Virus record (IMG/VR): IMGVR_UViG_3300045808_000037
DNA: 64,000 nt
Direction: 5' to 3' (one strand)
Source: a virus
Shown here: piece after piece, positions 55,168 to 64,000 of the stretch
Layout of the letters: each line of letters starts with the position of its first letter
How positions within the stretch are numbered: the first letter of the stretch is position 1
Made by a program: the position numbers and the translations under genes
Notes under the pieces: generated by a model
The model's database searches: none
What the model was told of the DNA's origin: nothing
What the model saw: only the letters and a program-made list of their open reading frames with translations

Positions 55168-58100
55168 ATGGAATTAGAAACGCTTGAGGTACTCCTCGAT
55201 ATTAATACTGCCAGAGTTGAGCAGTCTTTGGAACGAGTGCTGCCACAAATTGAAAGTGCTATGAGTCGAATCCAACAAATGTCCGGTAACTCTATGGATC
55301 GTACTGAGAAGAATATGGATATTGAAAAAGGTGCTAGCAATTTCACAAAACAACTAGAAAAAATGAATCAAGCACTCGAGAAGACGTTATCAAACTTCGA
55401 ACGATCGACAAAGCAATCATCTGAAGCTGCTGGTGACAATTTTTCTTCTGGTATTCGCAAAGCTCGTCCGAAAGTAACCAAAGAAATTGATGCGATGATC
55501 AATGAAATCAACGCTAAAATGGGCCAAGCGAAAGCAGCGCAAGAAAAGGTTGCTTATCTGAAATCGCAAAGACAAACGGCATCGAGTCAAGGGGATACAG
55601 GCAAAGTCGTTAAATATGATGAACAGATCGCCCGAGCGCAAGCGCAAATGACGAAGTTCAAAGATCAAGCAGCTGGATTGGGTAATACCATCAAACGGGA
55701 ACTTGATGCAGTTCCTTCTTCACTGGACAACATTACAAAAGGTATGAGTCAAAACGAGTCTCAAATCGAAGCGATGAGAAAACGAATTCGAACATTAAAG
55801 GCAGAATATAACGATCAACGTGTGCCAACTGGCAGCTTTACATCTGGATTCAAGAACTATGAGGATACTCCTCAATCACTGAAAACGTCTGGTGAGATTC
55901 AAAAACAATCAATCAAGATGAATAAATTAATCAGTGATAATGATCGTCTACAGAAGGAGTATTCCCAAACAGAAGATCGAGCAGAAACATTGAGAAAGGC
56001 TCTACAACGAGTTAACTCTGCATTGGGCCAATCCTCCATTCAAACTGGTAATGCTTCTAACGGTGCAAGTATGACAGGCTCAGGGTTGAAGCAATCTGAG
56101 CGAGCTGTTTCTAAATATGGCGGAGTATTCAACCGTATGTCCAATGCAGTTTCACACGGATTTGGGAGCGTCGGAAATGGCTTGAGGAACTCTCTTGGAT
56201 TTATTGGAAAGTTCGGAAGTCTATTTTCTAGTAATTCCAACAAAGTTACAGCTGGAACAAATCGAATGACAGGAAGCACGAACGCTTTTGGCCAGTCGAT
56301 GAAATATCTATTACCTTCATTGGTCGTTTATCAGCTGTTAGGTGGCGCAATTACTAAACTGGCTAGCGGTATGATGTCAGCATTGAAAACGAACGATCAA
56401 TTCAGTGCTTCGTTGAATCAGATTAAAGTCAACCTGATGACGGCATTTTATCCAATATATACGGCAATCTTACCAGCATTGAATGCGTTAATGAGTACGG
56501 TGGCACAGCTCACAGGGCAGCTAGCTTCCTTTATTGCAATGCTATTCGGGACAACATATGATGCAGCAAAACAAGGCGCTAGTGGATTGTATGACAATAT
56601 CCAAGCGCTAAACGATACTGGTTCTTCCGCAAATAAAGCCAATGAAAAAGTGAAGAAACTACAAAAGTCTCTCATGGGATTTGACCAAATCAACAAGCTA
56701 ACGATGGATACAGATGATGAAAAGAAAGAAGATTCTGCTCCTGGTATTGATTTTGGAGCTGCAACTGGTACCTATTCTACGCCTAAATGGATGAAAGACA
56801 TCCAAAACTTGTTGAAGGATTTCTTCAAGCCTTTCCAAGATGCATGGAAAAATCAAGGACAACGAGTGATCGATGCTTGGAAATATGCATTAAGTGAAGT
56901 AATAGGTTTGGCTTCTGCTATCGGCAGGTCATTTATGGAAGTTTGGACCAATGGTACAGGACGGCTTTTCATAGAAAATATATTAATCCTGCTTGCAGAT
57001 ATACTCGGAATAATTGGTGATATCGCTAGTGCTTTCAGACGAGCTTGGGAAGACAACGGACGAGGAACACGCCTGATTCAATCGTATTTTGATTTGTGGA
57101 ATTCGATTCTGGGCTTATTGCATGAAGTAGCGAATTCATTTAGAAATGCATGGAATGACAACGGACTAGGCGAATCAATTTTGGGAAATCTGTTAGAAAT
57201 CGTTACAAAATTAAATAATGCAGTATCAAATATAGCTAACCAATTCTCAGAGGCATGGAAAGCTGGCAGTGTTGGTGAATCTATCTTTTCAACTATTCTT
57301 GAAATTGTTGATGGCTTATTAGAAAAAATAAGTGTAATGGCTGGAGCTACCGAAGAGTGGGGTAAGAAGCTTAACTTTACTCCTTTATTGTCGTCTATTG
57401 AGGGTTTATTGAAATCTATTCAGCCGCTAGCGGAAAATATAGGAGCTGGACTAGCTTGGTTTTATGAGAATGTTTTACTGCCGTTAGCAAAATTTACTAT
57501 AGAAAATGTCATACCGGCATTTTTAGATTTACTTAGTGGTGCTCTAAATTTACTAAACGGAATTATCGAGGGGTTAAAGCCTGCTTTTAAATGGTTGTGG
57601 GATAACTTCTTAAAACCTATAGCAACATGGACTGGCGGAGTAGTTGTTGAATTCATAGAATCTTTAGCCGACGTATTATCTGATATAGGGGATTGGATAA
57701 CCAAGCACTCTGAAGGTTTTTCTAACTTTGTAATTGTTTTCGGAACATTTGTGGCGACCTTAAAATTATTAAGTATCTTATCTACAGTCGTCGGAGTATT
57801 GAGTTCAATATTCGGTTTCCTCAGTTCAATAGGTGGACTTGCTGGAATTCTATCGGCTGTGGGCAGTGCAATTGGTGGAGTAGTAGCAGTTTTAGGTGGG
57901 CCAATAACCATTGCGATTGCTGCAACTGTAGCTGCAGGTGTGTTACTTTGGAAAAATTGGGATACGATTAAAGAAGCAGCAGGGAAACTTGGTAAATGGA
58001 TTGGAGAAAAATGGGATGGCATTAAAACGGCCACTTCAGAAGCTTGGGGAAAAGTTACTAAGTGGACTAGCGAAAAATGGAATGATGCGAAAAAAACAGT

Positions 58101-60315
58101 CTCTGATAAAGCCTCTGATATTTGGAAATCTGTAAGTAACAGATGGTCAGATGTTAAGAAAAACACCAAGGACACTTGGGATAACTTTTCTACTACTATT
58201 TCGTCTAAAGCCAAAACCGCTAAGGAAAATGCTTCAACAAGACTGCAAGAATTAAAAAGAAATGTCTCTGATCGATGGTCTGAGACTTGGAGCAATACGC
58301 GATCAAAATGGGATGAAATCAAAGATAAGGTTTCAAACCAGGCCGGAGCAGCTAAGAATAACGCTAGCAATGCTTTTTCAACATTAAGAACAAATATGAG
58401 CAATTCTTTAAATTCGATGAAGTCTACTGCTTCGAGTGTTTTTGAAAAGATTGGCGATTGGGCAAATGGTCTTGGAAGCAAAATCGGAAAAGGTTTAAGT
58501 AATGGTGTTAAGTCTGTAAAAGATGGTGCTGGAAAGATCTTCAATGGCATGATTAGTGTAATAGGTAAGGGTGTTAATGGCGTCATTGATGGTATCAACT
58601 GGGTTCTAAAAAAGGTGGGAGCTGGAAAAAGTACGCTATCTTCGTGGGAAGTCCCCAAATATGCAAGAGGTACTGGATATCACCCGGGTGGGCCTGCTTT
58701 AGTCAATGATGGATTAGGATCTAACTATCAAGAAGCCTATCGTACGCCAGACGGTCGCACAGGTATCTTCCCGGCACAGCGAAATTTGATGGTAAATTTG
58801 CCAAAAGGAACATCTGTGTTGAGTGGTCCAAAGACTGCTGCAATGTACGGAGTGCCGGCCTATGCTAACGGAATAGGTGACTGGTTCAAAGAAAAGTGGA
58901 ATGGTGCAAAAGAAATTGCTTCAGACATTTGGTCTTATGCATCTAATCCTAAAAAGTTATTGAATGCTGCAGTTTCCAAATTTGTTAATTTAAGTAATGC
59001 TTTTGAGCCAGCATTATCAATGGCTAAAGGAGCTGTTGGAACTGTTGCTGAGGGTTCCTATGAATGGTTTAAATCAAAATTTGCTGCAGGACATGAAGCA
59101 CAAAATAGTTCGTTTGATGGATCAATGGGAAGTTGGGGTGTATACAAATACCTATACGATATCGCTAGAAAGACTGTCGATCGATATCCAGGTATGCGAA
59201 TCACCTCTGGTTTCAGACCAGGGGACCCTCATTCCCATGGGAAGCATCAGGCAATTGACGTTGCGTATCCAGCAAGTATGAATGGATCATCTAAATACAT
59301 GGCTCCTGCCAATTGGGTGTTTGATAACTTTGCATCAAAAGTAGCTTATGTAATCACTCAAGGGAAAGTTCGAGACCGTAAAGGAATGTCTGGTACTGGA
59401 TCAAGTGGCAGTTGGGTAAGATGGCCGCAGAATGACCACTACGATCACTTGCATATCAATGGATCTCTTGGACCAAGCGATATCGACAAAAATGCTTCGT
59501 TTGGTGCAATCGGCGGTGCTGCTGTAGGTAATGGTGGATGGACATCGAAAATCAAACAGGCTGCAAGCAAACTAGGACAGCGGATTAGCAGTTCTGAAAT
59601 TAATGGAGTTCTCGCTCAAATTCAAAGAGAGTCTGGTGGTAATCAGAGTATTACTCAAAGCTCAGCTGTGTGGGATATAAACATGGCAAATGGGAACCCA
59701 GCAAGAGGCCTGCTTCAATATATCCCGTCCACGTTTAATGCTTATAAACTTCGCGGCTATGAAAATATTTTTAATGGCTATCATCAATTGTTAGCTTTCT
59801 TCAATAATTCAAATTGGCGGTATGACCTACCTTATGGTCGCAGAGGTTGGGGACCAACTGGTCGAAGAATTGTAGGTTATGAAAACGGCGGCATAGTCAA
59901 TCAAGACGGTTTATACCGTATGGGCGAAGGAAACAAGAAAGAGATGGTTATTCCACTAGAGAAACCACAACGTGCCGCTGAATTGATTCAACAAGCCGTT
60001 GAGTATCTTGGACTGGATATGTTCAATTCAAGTATAGTGTTGCCGGAAATGTTCCAAGAACCAACGTTCACACCGTCTAACAGTACGTTTAGTAACAACA
60101 ATCAAATGAACTATGAAGGTGGCGGTATGAAAGACTTCACTTCATCTATGGTAACCACATTGATGAATGCTATTTCTGCATTGGGAGCAACGCCAACACA
60201 AGCGCCAAATGGTGATATTGTCATTAATATTGGCGGTAAAGAATTCGGACGTATTGCAGTTAAAGAAATCAACAAATACCATCAACAGCTTGGGTATACC
60301 GAGTTAAACATATAG
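55168..60315 (+). CDS. Tape measure protein with C-terminal Zn-peptidase-like and lytic transglycosylase domains
   Basis: 1715 aa; Trp-periodic repeats; H-x6-D...HxH (HGKHQAID, DHLH); QRESGG, RGLLQYIPSTF. Confidence 0.92.
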   Translation: MELETLEVLLDINTARVEQSLERVLPQIESAMSRIQQMSGNSMDRTEKNMDIEKGASNFTKQLEKMNQALEKTLSNFERSTKQSSEAAGDNFSSGIRKARPKVTKEIDAMINEINAKMGQAKAAQEKVAYLKSQRQTASSQGDTGKVVKYDEQIARAQAQMTKFKDQAAGLGNTIKRELDAVPSSLDNITKGMSQNESQIEAMRKRIRTLKAEYNDQRVPTGSFTSGFKNYEDTPQSLKTSGEIQKQSIKMNKLISDNDRLQKEYSQTEDRAETLRKALQRVNSALGQSSIQTGNASNGASMTGSGLKQSERAVSKYGGVFNRMSNAVSHGFGSVGNGLRNSLGFIGKFGSLFSSNSNKVTAGTNRMTGSTNAFGQSMKYLLPSLVVYQLLGGAITKLASGMMSALKTNDQFSASLNQIKVNLMTAFYPIYTAILPALNALMSTVAQLTGQLASFIAMLFGTTYDAAKQGASGLYDNIQALNDTGSSANKANEKVKKLQKSLMGFDQINKLTMDTDDEKKEDSAPGIDFGAATGTYSTPKWMKDIQNLLKDFFKPFQDAWKNQGQRVIDAWKYALSEVIGLASAIGRSFMEVWTNGTGRLFIENILILLADILGIIGDIASAFRRAWEDNGRGTRLIQSYFDLWNSILGLLHEVANSFRNAWNDNGLGESILGNLLEIVTKLNNAVSNIANQFSEAWKAGSVGESIFSTILEIVDGLLEKISVMAGATEEWGKKLNFTPLLSSIEGLLKSIQPLAENIGAGLAWFYENVLLPLAKFTIENVIPAFLDLLSGALNLLNGIIEGLKPAFKWLWDNFLKPIATWTGGVVVEFIESLADVLSDIGDWITKHSEGFSNFVIVFGTFVATLKLLSILSTVVGVLSSIFGFLSSIGGLAGILSAVGSAIGGVVAVLGGPITIAIAATVAAGVLLWKNWDTIKEAAGKLGKWIGEKWDGIKTATSEAWGKVTKWTSEKWNDAKKTVSDKASDIWKSVSNRWSDVKKNTKDTWDNFSTTISSKAKTAKENASTRLQELKRNVSDRWSETWSNTRSKWDEIKDKVSNQAGAAKNNASNAFSTLRTNMSNSLNSMKSTASSVFEKIGDWANGLGSKIGKGLSNGVKSVKDGAGKIFNGMISVIGKGVNGVIDGINWVLKKVGAGKSTLSSWEVPKYARGTGYHPGGPALVNDGLGSNYQEAYRTPDGRTGIFPAQRNLMVNLPKGTSVLSGPKTAAMYGVPAYANGIGDWFKEKWNGAKEIASDIWSYASNPKKLLNAAVSKFVNLSNAFEPALSMAKGAVGTVAEGSYEWFKSKFAAGHEAQNSSFDGSMGSWGVYKYLYDIARKTVDRYPGMRITSGFRPGDPHSHGKHQAIDVAYPASMNGSSKYMAPANWVFDNFASKVAYVITQGKVRDRKGMSGTGSSGSWVRWPQNDHYDHLHINGSLGPSDIDKNASFGAIGGAAVGNGGWTSKIKQAASKLGQRISSSEINGVLAQIQRESGGNQSITQSSAVWDINMANGNPARGLLQYIPSTFNAYKLRGYENIFNGYHQLLAFFNNSNWRYDLPYGRRGWGPTGRRIVGYENGGIVNQDGLYRMGEGNKKEMVIPLEKPQRAAELIQQAVEYLGLDMFNSSIVLPEMFQEPTFTPSNSTFSNNNQMNYEGGGMKDFTSSMVTTLMNAISALGATPTQAPNGDIVINIGGKEFGRIAVKEINKYHQQLGYTELNI

Positions 60316-60329
60316 GAAGGAGTGATTTT

Positions 60330-60686
60330 ATGGCTGGATATTTAAAAATAAATGGTGTTACGATCAAGAATCCTAAAAAGTTTACAGCTGGTATCCAAGC
60401 GGTTGATGGTGATTCTGGTCGTAACGCCAAAGGTGATATGACCCGTGATTATCTAACCACAAAAAGGAAAATGGACCTTGAGTGGGGTCCGCTAACTGAT
60501 GCAGAAATTTCACCAATTTTAAAAGCGGTGATGCCGGTATTTTTTGAAGTCACTTATCCAGATCCCATGGAAGGTGGCATTGTTACAAAAACATTCTATG
60601 TCGGTGATCGAACGGCTCCAGCATACTCTTGGCATGATAAACTGCCAAAGTGGGAAGGCTTAACGATGAGTTTTATTGAGAGGTAG
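60330..60686 (+). CDS. Distal tail-like protein (small Dit)
   Basis: SGRNAKGDM, FFEVTYPDP, TFYVGDRTA motifs. Confidence 0.8.
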   Translation: MAGYLKINGVTIKNPKKFTAGIQAVDGDSGRNAKGDMTRDYLTTKRKMDLEWGPLTDAEISPILKAVMPVFFEVTYPDPMEGGIVTKTFYVGDRTAPAYSWHDKLPKWEGLTMSFIER

Positions 60687-60696
60687 GTGAGGAAAT

Positions 60697-63600
60697 TTGT
60701 TAGCCACAAGTGAAGAAATTCATGCTGCTTGGCTTAATACATCAAGGCAATTGTCAATCAGATTAAAAATGAATGATATCACCTATGGGAGTGAGGAAAT
60801 TACCTCACTCTCTTTTAATTCTGGCAGTATATCGGGTGAAGTGTTTCAGATTGGTTCAACCCCTCTGAATTCGGTTCAGGTAGTTTTTCCAACAATTATT
60901 GAAACAGTGAAAGAAGATTTAGAAATTGAACCAGAGTTGGGGATTTTAATTAATGGTGAATATCAGTTCACTAAATTAGGTCATTTTTTTATAACAGACT
61001 TTGAGCGTGATAGAAACAGTAATAAGACTACAATTACTGCAAATGACAAAATGATTTATATGGAAGGAATATATGAATCAAAATTAACCTATCCTAAGCC
61101 ATATCGGGAAGTTGCGTTAGAAATAGCTAATTTAGCAGGTGTTGAAATTGATCAAGCCTCATTTGCTTCTCTTGGAACTGAGTGGGTTCAGAAACCTGTA
61201 GGATATACGTTTCGCCAAGCAATCGGTTTGATTGCTCAGTTTGAAGGTGGTTTTGCAAGTTTTAACCGCAAGGGTGAATTAACAATAAAAAGACTAGCAC
61301 CCACAAACTTTGAAATCACTCCAGAATCATACATGTTAAAGGGATTTACTAAAAATGAGAACAGCTATCGAATTGGTGGCATCACGGTGAAAACCGGTGA
61401 AGAAGAAACGGATGTCATTCGCGTTGGTTCTACCAATGGATCACAAGTTGAGCTTGAGAATAAAGTGATGACTCAAACACATTTGAATCAAATGTGGGAA
61501 CTAGTCAAGACACTTAATTATTTTCCTTACGAATTGAAGTGGCGTGGAAGTCCCATTTTGGAAGCAGGAGACTGGATCTATATTGTTGATAAAGACGGTA
61601 CTAGATATTCTGTCCCTAATCTGTCGTACAATATCACCTTTAATGGTGGAATGTCTTCAGAATCAAAAGCAAATACCAATTCAAGTTCACAGGCAACTTA
61701 TAGATACCGTGGTCCTTTAAATCAACGAGTGGATTATGTTGAATCTCTTCTTAGTGCCAATAAATGGAACAGCAATTACTACGATCAAACAGAGCCTATA
61801 GATCCAAAAGAAGGCGATATTTGGTTTAAGCCAAATGGTGTAGATACTGAGATTTGGGTATACGAGAAAAATAGTTCTGGAGAATTGGATTGGGTGTTTA
61901 AAGTATCCACTGCAACAGATCCTGATTTGGTAAAAGAAATCGAACAGGCAAAACAAGCAGGAGAAAATGCTCAAGAAGCAGCTGATCAAGCGAAGACGGA
62001 TTCTGCCAATGCATTAAGTAACGCCAACAATGCTGTAAGTAAAGCTAATGAAGCTAGTGTGAAAGCAGATCAATCAAATGCTGCAGCTAATCAAGCAAAA
62101 GCTGACGCTTCTTCCGCAATATCAAACGCCAATACAGCAAAGCAAGATGCACAGCTGGCAGTTTCAAATGCTCAAAACGCATTGAACGCTGCTAACAGTG
62201 CTAAGACCGATGCGCAGGCAGCAATTGATAAGTTTAAAGAATTAGGCATGTTCCCAGCTTACGCTTGGAGTGCTGATGGTACTGATCGCTTTACGACGCA
62301 GTACCCTAACGAAAACTATTTTTTAGGTAGTCAAACCGCCAAAATCGGCGACCTGGAAGCTGCAGCTAGATCGGGAAAAGAATACCAAACTCTTAATATC
62401 GGGACCACCTGGGTCGACAATTTTGAATCAGGCGATAGGGCCGTTATATCTTTTGACATTGTAATGCTTAAAGGACTACAATTAACCGTTTATAATTCAA
62501 ATCGTAAGGGACCTTTCATCTTTACCAGTAAGCTAATTCGTAATGTAGGGACCGAAAAAACACGGTTAGAAGTAAACACGGTTCTTACTAAACGGACGGA
62601 CGCAACGCTAGATTACGATACGATTGAGTTTTATAGTGTTTATGATACTAGTGATTTTTTTGAGATCACTAACGTTAAAATAGAAAAGGCAGAATCGGCA
62701 ACTGATACAGCTACAATTTACACACCGGCGCCGGCCGACGACTTTACCAACGCCTATCCAACGTATATTGGTTTTAGCAATGAAAAATCAACAAATCCAG
62801 AAGACTATACTTGGATAAAAGATCCAAATAAAGTAGATGGTGAAGTAAAAGTTGAGTTAAGTGAAATCAACGGTGAGCTTTCACGAAAAGTCAGCCAAGA
62901 TAAATTTAACACACTTGAAGGAACTGTCGGAAATCAAACGACTAAGATCACACAAAATACTAATGCTATCACCCAAAAGGCTGATTCAAGTACAGTTAAT
63001 ACTCTAACAGGAAGAGTATCAACTGCTGAAGGTCAAATCACAACAATGGCTGGGCAGATAGAAATTAAGGCTAATAAAACTGATGTAGAAACGATTAGTG
63101 GAAAAGTGACTTCTGTTGAATCGTCTTTAAATACTCAAGCTGGTCAAATCACTGCCTTAAATACAAAAACTGATGGACACACTACTCAAATTGGCAGTTT
63201 ACAATCGAGCTATTCCGGACTAAGCAGTACAGTTAGCAGTGTTAAAAATGATCTTGATAACTTGTCGGTAGGGGCTAGAAATTATTTACCTAATTCTGAA
63301 TCCCCTAAGGTGGCAAATTATTTAGGATCTACAATAACTTATACCGAGAATCAATCTGTAACTGAATGGAAAGCTACAAATGCAGTCAAACACAATGTGA
63401 CTGGAGGAACTAACGTCATTGTTGGTACTCTTCGAGCTAACCGTATCATAACTGCTAATGTAAACTACATCCATAGTATTTATATCAGCAATACTGGAAC
63501 GAAAGCGATGAGAGTCCACAATAATATCAGCCAGTTCTTAGATGTGCCAGCCGGAACAACCGCAAGATTAGTTTGGAATCCAGCTAAGCAAGCTGCTGGT

Positions 63601-64000
63601 ACAGCTGCCATGCAGTTTGTATTCTATCGAAATGTGGTGGCGGATGATTTAGAATTTATTATCTGGCACGCTATGATTGCTGAGGGAACCATCGTCAATG
63701 ACTGGGTACCATCTCCAGAAGATCAAGTCAGTGTGGTCAAATTCTCTAGTTTTGTTCAACGTGTGGATACTATTCAGACTACAGTTTCTAACAAGGCTGA
63801 TCAGTCTCAGGTAACACAGTTGGCTAGTCAATGGCAACAAACAACGGACTTAGCTAATGGTCACACAAGTCAGATTAGTAGTTTGGGTGACCAATTGAAT
63901 GTTAGGGTTCAAAAAGATGATGTAATCAATCAAATCAACTTATCTACAGAAGAAATTTTAATTGCCGGTAATAAAGTTCGGATAACCGGCCAGACTACTA
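60697..64000 (+). CDS. Large tail/host-specificity protein (partial, runs off the window)
   Basis: TTG at 60697 after GGTGAGG SD; frame open at every point sampled up to the window end; PKEGDIWFK, coiled coils, AYAWSADGTDRF, GARNYLPNS...WVPSPED modules; omitted from the ORF track, presumably for lack of a stop. Confidence 0.85.
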   Translation, partial: MLATSEEIHAAWLNTSRQLSIRLKMNDITYGSEEITSLSFNSGSISGEVFQIGSTPLNSVQVVFPTIIETVKEDLEIEPELGILINGEYQFTKLGHFFITDFERDRNSNKTTITANDKMIYMEGIYESKLTYPKPYREVALEIANLAGVEIDQASFASLGTEWVQKPVGYTFRQAIGLIAQFEGGFASFNRKGELTIKRLAPTNFEITPESYMLKGFTKNENSYRIGGITVKTGEEETDVIRVGSTNGSQVELENKVMTQTHLNQMWELVKTLNYFPYELKWRGSPILEAGDWIYIVDKDGTRYSVPNLSYNITFNGGMSSESKANTNSSSQATYRYRGPLNQRVDYVESLLSANKWNSNYYDQTEPIDPKEGDIWFKPNGVDTEIWVYEKNSSGELDWVFKVSTATDPDLVKEIEQAKQAGENAQEAADQAKTDSANALSNANNAVSKANEASVKADQSNAAANQAKADASSAISNANTAKQDAQLAVSNAQNALNAANSAKTDAQAAIDKFKELGMFPAYAWSADGTDRFTTQYPNENYFLGSQTAKIGDLEAAARSGKEYQTLNIGTTWVDNFESGDRAVISFDIVMLKGLQLTVYNSNRKGPFIFTSKLIRNVGTEKTRLEVNTVLTKRTDATLDYDTIEFYSVYDTSDFFEITNVKIEKAESATDTATIYTPAPADDFTNAYPTYIGFSNEKSTNPEDYTWIKDPNKVDGEVKVELSEINGELSRKVSQDKFNTLEGTVGNQTTKITQNTNAITQKADSSTVNTLTGRVSTAEGQITTMAGQIEIKANKTDVETISGKVTSVESSLNTQAGQITALNTKTDGHTTQIGSLQSSYSGLSSTVSSVKNDLDNLSVGARNYLPNSESPKVANYLGSTITYTENQSVTEWKATNAVKHNVTGGTNVIVGTLRANRIITANVNYIHSIYISNTGTKAMRVHNNISQFLDVPAGTTARLVWNPAKQAAGTAAMQFVFYRNVVADDLEFIIWHAMIAEGTIVNDWVPSPEDQVSVVKFSSFVQRVDTIQTTVSNKADQSQVTQLASQWQQTTDLANGHTSQISSLGDQLNVRVQKDDVINQINLSTEEILIAGNKVRITGQTT

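Larger units (their letters stand above)
27142..64000 (+). mobile_element. Prophage 2 (temperate siphovirus; right part outside window)
   Basis: Integrase, ImmA/cI/Cro, replication, packaging, head and tail modules in canonical order starting at the att-like junction. Confidence 0.95.

Noticed and set aside
4802-63840. Numerous short opposite-strand or alternate-frame ORFs inside structural genes (e.g. 4802-5200, 14472-14966, 57462-58658)
   Set aside because: Shadow ORFs of long, well-supported genes, with no RBS or recognisable motifs

Overview
Low-GC Firmicute chromosomal window (most likely Enterococcus, inferred from gene content) made up entirely of two different temperate siphovirus prophages in tandem. 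Prophage 1 (1-~27159, left end outside the window) shows its late-early region, ArpU-type late regulator, a PBSX/Xkd-like head module, an A118-like tail module, the lysis cassette and a terminal leftward operon with a LexA box in its promoter. Prophage 2 (~27142-64000, right end outside the window) shows integrase, ImmA/cI/Cro switch, recombination and replication genes, several antisense cargo genes, a different late regulator, an SPP1-portal head module and a tail module with two candidate -1 frameshifts. The junction looks like a reconstituted attP, with arm repeats on both sides of a core matching the last codons of groEL (ATGGGCGGCATGATGTAG, MGGMM*). The most unusual signal is a ~300-nt structured non-coding leader conserved in both otherwise unrelated late regions. 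It comprises two anti-SD-bearing hairpins, a tRNA-like cloverleaf whose elbow is conserved but whose anticodon arm is not, another hairpin and a terminator. It sits between activator-specific triple repeats and a variable cargo slot, which holds a HEPN-motif protein in prophage 1. All protein family calls come from motif recognition, not database searches.
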